A DNA stretch of 63,285 bases, the filler included, from Octopus bimaculoides (lineage: Eukaryota): the NCBI RefSeq assembly GCF_001194135.2. It is 6 parts of 6 records of this genome, joined end to end, with 100 filler letters (N's around TTAATTAATTAA, not from the genome) between each part and the next. Parts side by side here need not be neighbours in the genome. Positions count along the whole stretch, not along the records: positions 39,866 to 54,778 come from NC_068989.1; 5 more parts are not named here. One strand, written 5' to 3'. The position numbers were made by a program, and so were the translations under genes. This document shows, piece after piece, positions 40,398 to 53,970 of this stretch. Each line of letters opens with the position of its first letter. The first letter of the stretch is position 1. The notes under the pieces are model-generated. The model was not told the DNA's origin, ran no database searches, and was given only the letters and a program-made list of their open reading frames with translations.

Positions 40398-41600
40398 TCA
40401 CAAGTTGTCAGATAAATTCCTTCGATTTTTGCATTTATTTAAATCCATAGTTTTCATCTTCAATTATAACAAATCAGTCATTATATATTTTCCTTTGTTG
40501 TTCGCGACTTCTTACGAACGTTTCATTACCACGTTGGTTGAAATCATCAGGTCTTGGCTCAAAAAAATTCATCATGCTCTGTCTGCAGCTCCATGTTGTT
40601 TCACGAAATGCATCGTAGACAGTTGGAAAGCGATCGAAAACGGTGAGAATCTGATGACGCTAGACCAGGAGAATACAATAGGTATGGTAGAACTTCCTAA
40701 CCTATCTCTTGAACAACATTTTTTGTGAAATTTATGACATGGTTTAAAATATTGTTGTTTTGAAGAAGTATGTCGTGTCGCCGGTTGTGTCGTTTCAACT
40801 GGTTGCTTTACTGAGCCACATTGCTGAACATAAAGTTCTGCATTGACTGTATGGTTGTTTTCAGGCATTTCATTGTGGAGCAGCCCTTTTCAATCCCGCC
40901 GAACACAAATCATTGTCTTAGGTAGGCACAGCTTTGGCTTGGTGCAAAGTATTGTTTGCTTGTTGAGACTCAGTTATACTTTCCTCTACTTCAAATGAAG
41001 TAAAATTATCAACTTTTATGGCCGATGATAATGCGATAAAGAAATCTCTTTTTGTGTTCACGAGAAGCCTGGTGTGGAGCGAGCAAACTGGTGGTGACAG
41101 GGGAACGTTGAAGTTTGCCTCATTCGTTCAGAGTGTGTGAAACCGAGCTTTCGGACTTTATCCGTCGAGTGAAGGTGCCAAACGACAGCATCATGAGGGC
41201 ATCACATTTGCTGGGCTAATTCCCGAGTGGATTGGCGCTGTTCGTCATGAATAAAATCGTTTAATCGATCCTCATTGAACGATCTTATCCACGACGGCCG
41301 AAACGATCTTATCCATGTCGACCGGAACTCAGAAAAGACTGTGAGGTCAAATTCCCTCTCCTTGAAACGTGAAAACCATTTCTGTGCTGTTCTTTCAGTA
41401 TTGACGCCTTCTTTGTACACAGCACGAATGCCTCGAGCGGTTTCGGCAGTATTGGAAAACTTGATTGAAAGTGAAGAGAAGCAGGTGTCGAAAATGTAAA
41501 TTTTTTTTTTTCTACTTGCCACTCCATCGTTATATGTCTGAAAAGAGGTAAAATTTATTCAAATTTCAAAAGTTGTAGAAGAATAGAGCTGCAAAAAAAA
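40398..41600 (-). mobile_element. Decayed mariner transposase element (5' end lost in gap)
   Basis: N-terminal TARGIRAVY..TERTAQKWFSRFKEREFDL and STRELAQ, TVNAELYVQQ, a degenerate HPPYSPDLAP region and a mariner-like C-terminus. Confidence 0.82.
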
Positions 41601-42309
41601 AAAAAAAAAANNNNNNNNNNNNNNNNNNNNNNNNNNNNNNNNNNNNNNNNNNNNNNNNNNNNNNNNNNNNNNNNNNNNNNNNNNNNNNNNNNNNNNNNNN
41701 NNNNNNNNNNNNNNNNNNNNNNNNNNNNNNNNNNNNNNNNNNNNNNNNNNNNNNNNNNNNNNNNNNNNNNNNNNNNNNNNNNNNNNNNNNNNNNNNNNNN
41801 NNNNNNNNNNNNNNNNNNNNNNNNNNNNNNNNNNNNNNNNNNNNNNNNNNNNNNNNNNNNNNNNNNNNNNNNNNNNNNNNNNNNNNNNNNNNNNNNNNNN
41901 NNNNNNNNNNNNNNNNNNNNNNNNNNNNNNNNNNNNNNNNNNNNNNNNNNNNNNNNNNNNNNNNNNNNNNNNNNNNNNNNNNNNNNNNNNNNNNNNNNNN
42001 NNNNNNNNNNNNNNNNNNNNNNNNNNNNNNNNNNNNNNNNNNNNNNNNNNNNNNNNNNNNNNNNNNNNNNNNNNNNNNNNNNNNNNNNNNNNNNNNNNNN
42101 NNNNNNNNNNNNNNNNNNNNNNNNNNNNNNNNNNNNNNNNNNNNNNNNNNNNNNNNNNNNNNNNNNNNNNNNNNNNNNNNNNNNNNNNNNNNNNNNNNNN
42201 NNNNNNNNNNNNNNNNNNNNNNNNNNNNNNNNNNNNNNNNNNNNNNNNNNNNNNNNNNNNNNNNNNNNNNNNNNNNNNNNNNNNNNNNNNNNNNNNNNNN
42301 NNNNNNNNN

Positions 42310-42345
<36 letters not shown>

Positions 42346-42653
42346 GAGAGTGGGAGAGAGAGAGATATTTATGTATGTACGCTCATATATTTATAACATT
42401 CGCAGTTTCTAATATATGTATTATGCAGTTTCATAATGTTAGTATTGACTTGGCTTGCCTTCGGCCCTCAGCTCTTTGGTATGGTTGCAGGTGTATCATC
42501 CCAGTGTACACCCCGTATCTTCAGATTTTCAGACATAGCGAAGCCCATCCCTTTTCAGATCTACCTACAACTGATTCCTTCTAGAATGAAAGACAGAAAG
42601 AAAGGGAGAGAAAACGAAGAATGGTCCCTGTAGAAGACTGATATATTTTTGGC

Positions 42654-42865
42654 TTCAAATTTTGGCACAAGACCAGCAAGTTCGGGAGAGGACGCATGTA
42701 AATTACTTCGACCTCAGTATTTCACTGGTACTTATGTTATCGACCCCGAAAGAATAAAAGGTAAAGTCGACCTCAGCGTAATTTGAGCTTATAACAGAAG
42801 GGCAGACGAAATGCCACTAAGCATCTTGCTCAGTGTGCTAATGAATCTACCAGCTCGTCGCCTTG
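42654..42865 (-). mobile_element. SINE family A
   Basis: Reverse complement of family A. Confidence 0.8.
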
Positions 42866-42972
42866 GACTGGTATATTATTGAAGGATGAAAAGCAGTTTT
42901 GGTCATTCGTGCTATCTTGACAATCTATAAGTCTACGCACACGCGCGCGCGCGCACTCACACACACACACTC

Positions 42973-43031
<59 letters not shown>

Positions 43032-43614
43032 NNNNNNNNNNNNNNNNNNNNNNNTATATATATGTATATATATGTACATGTGTGTGTGTGTGTTTGTGTG
43101 CATAGAAATATATATGGAGCGGAGATTATGGTGGTGTGTATATAGATATATGCGGAGATTATGGTGGTGTGTATATAGATATATGACTACAATAAAAATA
43201 TTTATGTTGACTCAAATACAATAGGCATTCCACTTACTGTAAACACTAAATAACCAAATATAAGCTTTTGATTATTTTATCAGAAGTTAATATCTCATTC
43301 ACATATTGTTGTTGTTGTTGTTGTTGTTGCTGTTGCTGCTGCTGCTGCCGTTGTCGTTGTTGTTGCTTAGCACCAAGTCACCTTTGAGGAACAGACTTTT
43401 GATGAATGATGACATTCCAGTTGAAAACATTCTGTCCTTTTTCCTTCCTCTCTTTATTGTATATTAAGTTCTACCTTATGATGTCATGTATCCAGAACTA
43501 CTTGTATTTTCTTCCTTTTTTTCCCTCAAGGTGTAAACCACATGATTTCAGTAAGCTATTTGGCTGCTATTTCAGTGGTACATCGTAGAGGCTCCCTCGC
43601 TGGATCGTTCATTT

Positions 43615-44075
43615 TCCAATTGATCCCTATAGTTGACCTCTAACTTGTTGATCCTTTATTAGTTGATTACTTATTTACTGGTTCCTTTATTGATCTGTTA
43701 TTGGCTAACTCATTATCAGCTGATCAGTAATAAGTTGATCCCTTTTTTTATCTCTTTGTTGACCCCTAATTGACTTCTCATTGGTTGATCCCTTATTAGT
43801 TAATCCATTGGTCTTTTATTAATTTATTATTAGTTGATCTATAATTAGCTTATCCCTTATTAATTGATCCCTAATTATTTCATACCTAATCCCTTGCTAC
43901 CTAATTCGTTGACCCCTTATTGATTGATTCCTTATTAATTAATCCATTACCTATTAGACCTTTAGTTTATTATTAGCTGATCCCTTATTACGTGACCCCT
44001 ATTTAGTTAATTTGTTAGTTGTTCCCTTATCCTTTTATTTTATACTGAAAACTCATTAGTTTATTAATTATTAGT
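43615..44075. repeat. Degenerate minisatellite, unit about 15-16 bp (AGTTGATCCCTTATT)
   Basis: Many TTGATCC/TTGACCC cores recur at short spacing. Confidence 0.7.
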
Positions 44076-44204
44076 TATCTCTTCTTAGTTGACCACTAAT
44101 CAACAGATCTTTAATTACTTGATCACAGTCACTAATAGATATTCTGGTACACACTTTGAATGTATTATTGATCAGTTCGATCCCTAGCACAGGTACAAAG
44201 ACAG

Positions 44205-44378
44205 AACGGATGCGATTACATCGACCCCAAATACTTAGCTGATATTTTATTTTATCGACCTCTACCGAAAGATATAAAGCAAAGTTAATCTCGGTGGAGT
44301 TTGAACACTGAGCCTGAAGGACTGAAACAAATACCACAAGGCATTTTGTCCGACACTTACCGATTCTGACAATCTGAT
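44205..44378 (-). mobile_element. SINE family A (diverged)
   Basis: Reverse complement of family A. Confidence 0.7.
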
Positions 44379-44403
44379 AGTTTATGATATTGTTTTCTTA
44401 TAT

Positions 44404-44978
44404 AGGCAAGAGTGGCTGTGTGGTAAGTAGCTTGCCTACCAACCACATGGTTCCGGGTTCATTCCCACTGCGTGGCACTTTGGGCAAGTGTCTTCTACTA
44501 TAGCCTCGAGCTGACCAAAGCCTTGTGAGTGGATTTGGTAGACAGAAGCTGAAAGAAGCTTGTCATATATATGTANNNNNNNNNNNNNNNNNNNNNNNNN
44601 NNNNNNNNNNNNNNNNNNNNNNNNNNNNNNNNNNNNNNNNNNNNNNNNNNNNNNNNNNNNNNNNNNNNNNNNNNNNNNNNNNNNNNNNNNNNNNNNNNNN
44701 NNNNNNNNNNNNNNNNNNNNNNNNNNNNNNNNNNNNNNNNNNNNNNNNNNNNTATATATATATATATATGTATGTGTGTCTGTGTTTGTCCCCACAACAT
44801 CGCTTGATAACCGATGGTGGTGTGTTTACGTCCCCGTAACTTAGCGGTTCGGCAAAAAAGACCTATAGAATAAGTACTAGGCTTCCAAAGAATAAGTCCT
44901 GGGGTCGATTTACTCGACTAATGGCGGTGCTCCAGCATGGCCACAGTCAAATGACTGAAACAAGGTAAGAGTAAAAGA
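44404..44978 (+). mobile_element. SINE family C with a gap in its internal microsatellite
   Basis: Both halves flank the N run at 44576-44752. Confidence 0.85.
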
Positions 44979-45770
44979 GGCGCAAAGCCTCATGTTGGGT
45001 TAGGCGGATAGTCGATTATCGACCCCGTTACTGAACCGGTATTGGTTGTCCCTTTAAGATATCAGCTCCACTGAAGAACTATGGTTATCGATATGACCAA
45101 CCTCAGAAAATTAAAACAAATTTGACTTCTGTATTATTTGATCTCAAACTGTAAAAAGCCGTAAATTAATCCAGCAAGGTACTTTGTCCGACGCTCTACC
45201 GATTGTACCTATCCACCGTCACGGGTTCGTGTTTTATTTTATGGATCCTAGAAGAACAAAAAAGGCAAAGTTGACACCGATTCTGCCAAACCCTCGTCTT
45301 CGTGATTAATTTCAACACAAATGTCTTGATTTCTTTGATAAAGGTATTTTAAATTTATAGAGATGACGAAACTGGCTGGTCTAGACATTCACTGCGACAT
45401 TTATCAATTTTCAATATTCATTAAAACTGTTTGGAAAAATGTCAAAACTTTGAAAATGTATTCTACGGAAATAATGACCGGCCAACAGGAGAGAAATCAA
45501 TGAAAATTTACATACACAGATGCATACGTACATACATACATACATACATACATACATACATGCACACGCACACACACATATATGTATGTATTTGTGTGTA
45601 TGTATGTCTGTATATATGTATGCAGGCATGTGTGTGCACGACTATATATAGACACACATACATACACTTACCCATATGTATGTATATATCATATATGTAC
45701 ATACATATATGTAGACATACACGTATCTATTTGTCTATCTACTTATCTATCTATCTATCCATCCATCCAT

Positions 45771-45801
<31 letters not shown>

Positions 45802-47313
45802 GTGTGCATACACACACACATTATATATATANNNNNNNNNNNNNNNNNNNNNNNNNNNNNNNNNNNNNNNNNNNNNNNNNNNNNNNNNNNNNNNNNNNNN
45901 NNNNNNNNNNNNNNNNNNNNNNNNNNNNNNNNNNNNNNNNNNNNNNNNNNNNNNNNNNNNNNNNNNNNNNNNNNNNNNNNNNNNNNNNNNNNNNNNNNNN
46001 NNNNNNNNNNNNNNNNNNNNNNNNNNNNNNNNNNNNNNNNNNNNNNNNNNNNNNNNNNNNNNNNNNNNNNNNNNNNNNNNNNNNNNNNNNNNNNNNNNNN
46101 NNNNNNNNNNNNNNNNNNNNNNNNNNNNNNNNNNNNNNNNNNNNNNNNNNNNNNNNNNNNNNNNNNNNNNNNNNNNNNNNNNNNNNNNNNNNNNNNNNNN
46201 NNNNNNNNNNNNNNNNNNNNNNNNNNNNNNNNNNNNNNNNNNNNNNNNNNNNNNNNNNNNNNNNNNNNNNNNNNNNNNNNNNNNNNNNNNNNNNNNNNNN
46301 NNNNNNNNNNNNNNNNNNNNNNNNNNNNNNNNNNNNNNATATATATATATGCAGAGATAAATAACCAACTCTATCTTAACATTAAATAGCATACGGTGAG
46401 TCAATGAGTCAACCGTTGGACGACAGTATAGTAATCGTCAGGAATAAAAGTCAGGTAACCACATTCTAGCAAGTTATTGTTGATATTGTTGCTGTTGTTG
46501 TTGTTTTTGCGTATGTTAAAGGAATATATACTGGAGAAATCTCTTTGAACTTTTGATTTCTGAAATGAAGCACAAATTAGGAAGTGTTAGTCGATTTAAC
46601 AGGCTCCCAGTACATAACTAAAGCGTCGAAATGGCAGAGTCATTTGAGTAGTGTTACCCAACCGTGATGCTCCCGAATCCTAGCGATACATATGCTAATT
46701 ATATGCAAATGCATTTTCCAGTCATTTTTGTGTTTAATCCTATATTCGTAATTATATTCGTAATTATATTCGTAATTATATTATACACGCACGACAAATT
46801 CCAAATATTGATATTTGTAGGTGGTAATGAGACCCTTCCGGGGGGAAAAATGACCTTTTAATGTAGATTTATAAAATGAATTGAATAGGGAATTGATCTA
46901 AGCAGGGTTTCTGTTAAGAAGGAATTTGTTGAACCTTCTTTGAGTTGTTTGATGGACTTAGCATTATCAAACCCTTCAAAGCCAGCTTTATGAGTTGTTT
47001 AATCTTCTATGTTATTTAACTTTATGAAAGAGAGTATAGAAGATAAAGAAAGGTGTATATAATGTTCATATTGAGGTTCTCTGAAACATAAAATGTATTC
47101 CAAGGAATCCCCAAGAATAAAAATGGCTGAGAGACTCTGCGTTAGAGTATCGGATAGGCTGTCTTGTGATATTAGTTTCAGCGTTCTCCGCTCTGAGTTC
47201 AAAACTCGCTGAGGTCAACTTTTCCTTTCGTCCTTACGAGATCGATGAATAAACTATCAGTCAGTTACTTGGGATGATTATTCTCCTGTCTATTTCATTC
47301 TCTCTCTCTCTTC

Positions 47314-47348
<35 letters not shown>

Positions 47349-47526
47349 NNNNNNNNNNNNNNNNNNNNNNNNNNNNNNNNNNNNNNNNNNNNNNNNNNNN
47401 NNNNNNNNNNNNNNNNNNNNNNNNNNNNNNNNNNNNNNNNNNNNNNNNNNNNNNNNNNNNNNNNNNNNNNNNNNNNNNNNNNNNNNNNNNNNNNNNNNNN
47501 NNNNNNNNNNNNNNNNNNNNNNNNNN

Positions 47527-47577
<51 letters not shown>

Positions 47578-47578
47578 C

Positions 47579-47618
<40 letters not shown>

Positions 47619-47948
47619 TAGAATGGTTAAGTTATACAGTGATGAGGAGAGGTATTGGGGGAACATCCACAACACGTGCTTTTCCCCTAAAAATGGTAAA
47701 GGATTAAACGAGGAACTACCAACGTCTGCTTCTGGAGAAATATAGAAAAAGAAATGTGACATGCCACTGAAAGCTTCCAAGTATGGCCCGATACGTAATA
47801 CATTAGGAAGCGGAAGTGAAGAAGTATTTGATTGTAATTTAATTTCGTCAACCCTGGGAGGATGGAATATTACGTTTAATCAAGATGAGATTTGAACCCA
47901 GAATAAATAACAATAGTCGGAGTCCCCAAAGCCCACGTTATTGCTTAA

Positions 47949-48145
47949 CCGTTTAGTATTTAGTCATTCACATTGTTTGAAATTAATCATGTATTTATTG
48001 TCTTGTAGCTTGGAGATTTCGATGGTGTTTTGTTTTCAGAGTGACATTAAAGGATAGGTGTGAGAGGCGAGATCTGGCCAGTTTGGCATAAATAAAACAG
48101 TTAAGAATATTTTGGTCAGATATGGCCGCTTTGAATTTTAAAGGG
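47949..48145. mobile_element. piggyBac-like MITE
   Basis: TTAA|CCGTTT...AAAGGG|TTAA: TTAA flanks and short TIRs. Confidence 0.6.
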
Positions 48146-49334
48146 TTAAATCGCTCGCAGGATTTAATGTCGCTGAAATATATAAAAGTTAAATTACTGC
48201 AACTTCCTATTCACTAGATATAGCGCTTTCATTTTTAGAAATAGCAGTTTACTTGGTTGATTTTGTCTCAAATTTGGGTATTTGTACACTCATGTTGGAA
48301 ATTAAAGATGGTGGGTTGGTAGAATCGTTTGAGCGTCAGACAAAATGCCTTGCGGTATTTGGTCGAGTCAGGTTACATTCTATGCTCAAATCCCTCAGCT
48401 TCCCATGATCAACGACCAATGACGAATGAAAGCGCTGTTCCCCGTTATTGTTGTTGTTTAACCCCAGGTCAGCTCTGATTAAGCAGCCATGTGATAAAGG
48501 CATAGAAGCAAGCTAACAAGACGACAGCGTCACACAACTTGCTAGAAATAGCAACTAAGTATTCCTTGGCTTTTAATGGATAATTAATGTCACCCATGAA
48601 AACGCTGTTCTCTGTGATGTGATTATTGTTGATGATGACAATGATGATGATGACAATGATGATGATGTTGTCGCTGTTTGGTCCATGTAAATATATGTCT
48701 CGAGCCTAACTGTGTTTATCTCCCTTACTACCATGAAAACAGCTCGGTTTGACTTGTTCTTATAGTAATTTTTTATGTTTACATGGAATGACAAAAGCAT
48801 TCCAGCTCTGTTCATTCTCTCTATTTCTTTCTAATGAATATTGTTTGACATATCTGTCTAACGGTAAAGTTTGATTTGAAGGAATTTGGTTGCTATTTCT
48901 AGGAAGATCAATATTGTGAAGAGACTTCCTCATGTAATATTATACAGTTATCCAGGAGGACTTCTGTCTTCGGGAAAGGGATTTAAAACTGGATCTCTCG
49001 TTGATACAATTCAAGATAAGTAAAGTGAAATGATGTAATCACTCAACAAGAAATCGAACTTGTATTTCTTGTCTCCGCAGACAGTTTACTATCAAACTAG
49101 GGAAGTCAAACAAAATCTCTCGTATTTGGTTGTTAATTTCTCATTCGAAGGTGGTGTGTTGACAGTTATTGATCCAGTCTGATAAAGAACTTAACTTCCC
49201 GGACAATTAACAACGCTTAAAAGTTGCAGATACATTTCGGAAGAGGACATGGAATGTGAATCGAACCTGTGTCGCAGGCTCAACTTGGTGATAACTTACC
49301 ACAACTGTACAGTAATAAAAAGAAAATAAAGAAA

Positions 49335-49636
49335 AAACTGGCACCCCATCGCTTAAGACGGTGGTTGTTCCAGTTGATCCGACCAATGGAAGAGCCTGCT
49401 CGTGAAATTAACGTCCATGTGGCTGAGCACTCCACAGACACGCATACCCTTCACGTAGATCTCAGGGAGAATCAGCGTGACACAGACCGTGACAAGGCTG
49501 GCCCTTTGAAAACAGTTACTACTCATTTTTTCCAGCTGAGTGGACTGGAGCAACGTGAAATAAAGTGTATTGCTCAAGGACACAACGCGTCGCCGAGAAT
49601 CAAACTCTCCACCTGACGATCACGAGCCGAATGCTC
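49335..49636 (-). mobile_element. tRNA-derived SINE family D (CORE-like)
   Basis: Minus-strand head GGCGCATAGCTTAGTGGTTAGAGC and GTGTCCTTGAGCAATACACTTTATTTCACGTTGCTCCAGTCCACTCAGC. A related fragment lies at 10480-10720 (+). Confidence 0.75.
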
Positions 49637-50321
49637 TAACCACTAAGCTATGCGCCTGTATGGTACTGGTATCAACAAGAAATCTCTTTATGGTTACTCA
49701 ACCTGGTATAAATAGCAACTAAATCTCCCTCAAATCATATCCTACCGTCTTAAAAAATAAAAATGTGCACGTTGGATAACATGATACTGAGTTCCTGGTA
49801 CATAGGAAAAACACTGACGATCACGGCTAGAAAGCCTTTTATCATTATAGACTCAGTGAGAGCAAACTTGGGGTTTGCCCCAAAGATCTCGCTTCTCACG
49901 CCTATTCTACAATGTCACTCTGAAAAAAAACAGTCACATCATGAAATCTCGAAGCTAATTTCAAACAACGTGAATAACTGAATGCTAAGCGGTTAAGTAA
50001 TAGCGTCTGCTTTGGCGACTCCGACTATTGTTATTTATTCTGGGTTCAAATCTCACCGGGATTAAACGTAATACTCCATCCTCCCAGGGTTGATGAAATT
50101 AAATTACAATCAAATACTTCTTCACTTCCGCTTCTTAATGTATTGCGTATCGGAGCCATGTTTGGAAGTCTTCAGTGATATGTCACATTTCTTTTCCATA
50201 TTTCTCAAGAAGCAGACGTTGATAGTTCCCTGTTGAATCCTTTACCATTTTAGGGGGAAAGCACGTGTTGTGAACGTTCCTCTAATATCTCTCCTCCTCA
50301 CAGTGTAATTTGGCCATTCTA

Positions 50322-50395
<74 letters not shown>

Positions 50396-50576
50396 TTTAT
50401 CATCGAGAGACTTCGAATAACAGTTAAATTTTCTTCAAAGTACATCATATCGATTACTAACCAACCAGAGACTACCCTTCAGTTCCATGATACATATTCC
50501 CTGTCTTAAAGTGATTTAGATTAAAACCTTTCGTCAAAATATTTCATGATACCCCGTGTCCCGAACACAACACAAG

Positions 50577-51525
50577 GCGGTAAGCTGGCAGAATCATTAG
50601 CACACCGGGTAAAATGCTTAGCAACATTTCGTCCGTCTTTACGTTCTGAGTCCAAATTCCGCCGAGGTCGACTTTGTCTTTCGTTTATGCGGTGTCGATA
50701 AAATAAGTACCAGTTGAGGGATCTCTTCAGTTTCTCTCACAGATTTTTTTTTTTTTTTTAAACTAAACAGGTTGAAACTTAGTATACTGGTGTAATTTCT
50801 CACGCTGAACACGGTTTACTTTCAATATTTTTGACAAAATTTCGTATTTTAGAAGTTATTTCATATTAAAGTTGTCATATTTGGGTAATTTTAACCAATC
50901 AACAACGTGTATCAGCTGAAAAAAGCTATTGTTGTATGCGATAGTAATCGAAGAGCAACAACTTCTGAGTCATCTTTACTAAATGTCACAACTCTGTTCT
51001 CTTATTTTTGTTTACTGCCTGTGTTACATATTACACGCTTTTTTTTCTTCCTTTCAATAGCCTCTTTAAACGAGTAGTGAAAATGAAAATGACAAAGAGA
51101 CGATCGAAAAGCAAAAAAAGAGCGTGTAATATGCATCACAGGCAGTAAAAAAAAAAATAGAACAAAGTGGTGACATTTAGTAGGGATGTCCCGGGAGTTG
51201 TTGCTCTTCGATTACTATCGCATTCAGCAGTAGCTTGCTTCAGCTGAATACACGTCGTTGATTGGTTAAAATTACCCAAATACGACAACTTTAACACGAA
51301 ATAACTTCTAAAATACGAAATTTCGTCAAAAATGTTGAAAGTAAACCGTGTTCAGCGTGAGTAATAACACCAGTATACGAAGTTTCAAATTGTTTACTTA
51401 AACAAAAAAATAATAATAAAATCTGTGAGCGAAACTGAAGAGATCCCCAGTTGAGTAACGTGCGTTGATGTAATCGACTTACTCCCTCACTTGAAATTGT
51501 TGGCCATGTAGCAAAATTTGAAACT
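50577..51525 (+). mobile_element. SINE family A interrupted by the foldback element
   Basis: Head 50577-50717, then the 3' part resumes at 51448 (CAGTTGAGTA..GATGTAATCGACTT). Confidence 0.88.
50718..51447. mobile_element. Non-autonomous foldback DNA transposon with GGG..CCC termini and 7-bp TSD, nested in a SINE
   Basis: Arms at about 50718-51046 and 51113-51447 are imperfect inverted repeats. CAGTTGA occurs at 50711-50717 and 51448-51454, and the host SINE resumes after it. Confidence 0.9.
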
Positions 51526-51609
51526 AACCAATGTTCCAAACCCCAGTTTAAAAATAACAAAGACGTTTTTATAAATTGTTTCCTTATTTTCAAAATTAAT
51601 TGAAGTAAT

Positions 51610-51990
51610 GGGCGCAGGCATGGCTATATGGTTAAGAAGCTCGCTTTGCAGCCACGTGGTTTCGCGTTCATTCCCACTGCGCGGCACCTTGGGCAAGTGT
51701 CTTCTACCATAATTTCTACCAAAGTCTTATGAATGAATTTCGTAGACTGAAACTGTGTGGAATCCCGTCGTTTTATATGTATATGTGTGTGTCTTTGTGT
51801 AAGTCTTTGCCCCCACCACTGCTTAACAATAACCGATGTTCGTTTGTTTACGTACCCCGTAACATAGCTGTCCCACAATAGAGACCGATGGAATAAATAC
51901 CAGACTTACATAATATGTACTGGTGTTCATTTGTTCGACTAAAACGTTTCAAATCGCTGTCGCAGCCCAATGACGAAAACATAAAACATA
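51610..51990 (+). mobile_element. SINE family C (diverged)
   Basis: GGGCGCAGGCATGGCT..GGCACCTTGGGCAAGTGTCTTC..TTTACGTACCCCGTAAC. Confidence 0.75.
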
Positions 51991-53009
51991 AAAGATAAAA
52001 GACAATGCATTTCAACAAAAGGTCTTTATAAAATGGGAACGACACACATGATGGTCATGGGTGGCGCGTATTTGAGATCATGAGTCTGCTCAGTCAGAGC
52101 AGACCAGGACTAAACAACAATGATACTATCAGTTTCTGACTGCTAAACAACGAAGATAGAACGTCAGCTGTTTCAAAGTTTCTGTTTTTAATATTTAAAT
52201 TAAATAATCATTTAATAATTAAGTTTTTTTTCGCTGAACTGTTTAAGTTTATATTAATACTCGTCGAATACGATACTAACGAATTAAATGACTCGGACTC
52301 GATCCAAATATAACCGACAATCATGTCTCCGTAAAGAAAAAAATATTACTAATAATAATAAGAATAAAGCAGGAGATATTTATTACGCCGTTACAATCGG
52401 TGAATAAAAATTAGTATTTTTAGAGTGAAAACTAAAATGGCGTTGTATAGTAGCCAAGTTTTTATCTCATATACTATCTCTCTTGTCACTGACGGAGATG
52501 ATTTATAGCATTACATGATGACTTCTTTATTACGCATCAGCTACCATTTCATTAACCTGACGATAGTCTAGTTGTCGTCATCGTCTGCTGTCTATTGACT
52601 GGCCAATGTTTCAACCGACACAACGAACAAACAACAGCCCTAACAGACAAACAAACAAAAAAATGTAGAAGAAATGTTTGAGTCAGTCAGTACATTGCGT
52701 AAAATGAGAAATAGAAAGAAAAGAAAAACAGTGTGACATGATTCGGTTCTAACATTCTGAAGGACAGTGGTTGTGATGGAAGAGACATTATTGTGAGAAT
52801 ATATCAATTATTTACGATATGATCTTTATGTAAAACATACATAATTTGCCTTTTTAGCTTGTTTTTTATTCTATTTTATTTACACATTCTATATATATAT
52901 ATTTCTGTTATTCAGTGAAGGTTAAAAGAAGGAAAAATTGCTTCTGCACGGTGTTGTTATAGAGAGAATCAGTCAAGAATTCTTTAGCAAAAACGAACTC
53001 ATTTACCGC

Positions 53010-53075
<66 letters not shown>

Positions 53076-53180
53076 CCATAACACCAACACCTACATGAAC
53101 TTCTAACTTGTTGTCTCTTGAGGTCTCTGGGTGAGACTTGGATCCAACTTGTACAAATGCAAAACAAAAGTCAAACATAA

Positions 53181-53226
<46 letters not shown>

Positions 53227-53246
53227 GCAGCAACAACAACAATAAT

Positions 53247-53497
<251 letters not shown>

Positions 53498-53520
53498 AAG
53501 AAGAAGAAGAAGATTTTCAA

Positions 53521-53662
53521 GATGTCCGACACTATCACGTTGACGTCGTCCGCATATGCCGACACAAACCTTCCGCATCCCAGTTCCCGCGGAATACCCC
53601 TCGAAACCTCCAGCTTCCGCAGTAATAGCACGAGTACCAGTACGTAGAGAAGGGGTGAGAGT
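53521..53662 (-). mobile_element. L1/Tx1 RT fragment
   Basis: SPLLYVLVL..LRKLEVSRGIPRELGCGRFVSAYADDVNVIVSD, the same family as 36510-37300. Confidence 0.85.
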
Positions 53663-53667
53663 GGGCA

Positions 53668-53880
53668 TCATGGCTGAAAAAGATCGGTGCAAGTGTGAAG
53701 GTAGAACACCTACAAAAATCAGCATTGCTTGGAACTGCAAGAATTCTTCGCAGAGTTCTTGAAGAATGAGCAGTAAACAAGTGTCACATTAGTCTGCTAG
53801 CTGTGGACGGCTGACACTTTCCATCATACCCAGCAAAAAAAGCTGTGGGTTTTCATATAATATTAATAATAATAATAATG

Positions 53881-53969
<89 letters not shown>
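53668..53969 (+). mobile_element. 5'-truncated R4/Dong family B (C-terminus, distinct 3'UTR, (TAA)n tail)
   Basis: WLKKIGASVKVEHLQKSALLGTARILRRVLEE-stop (TGA 53767-53769), typical of the R4/Dong C-terminus. The 3'UTR differs from family A and is followed by about 110 bp of TAA repeat. Confidence 0.8.
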
Positions 53970-53970
<1 letters not shown>

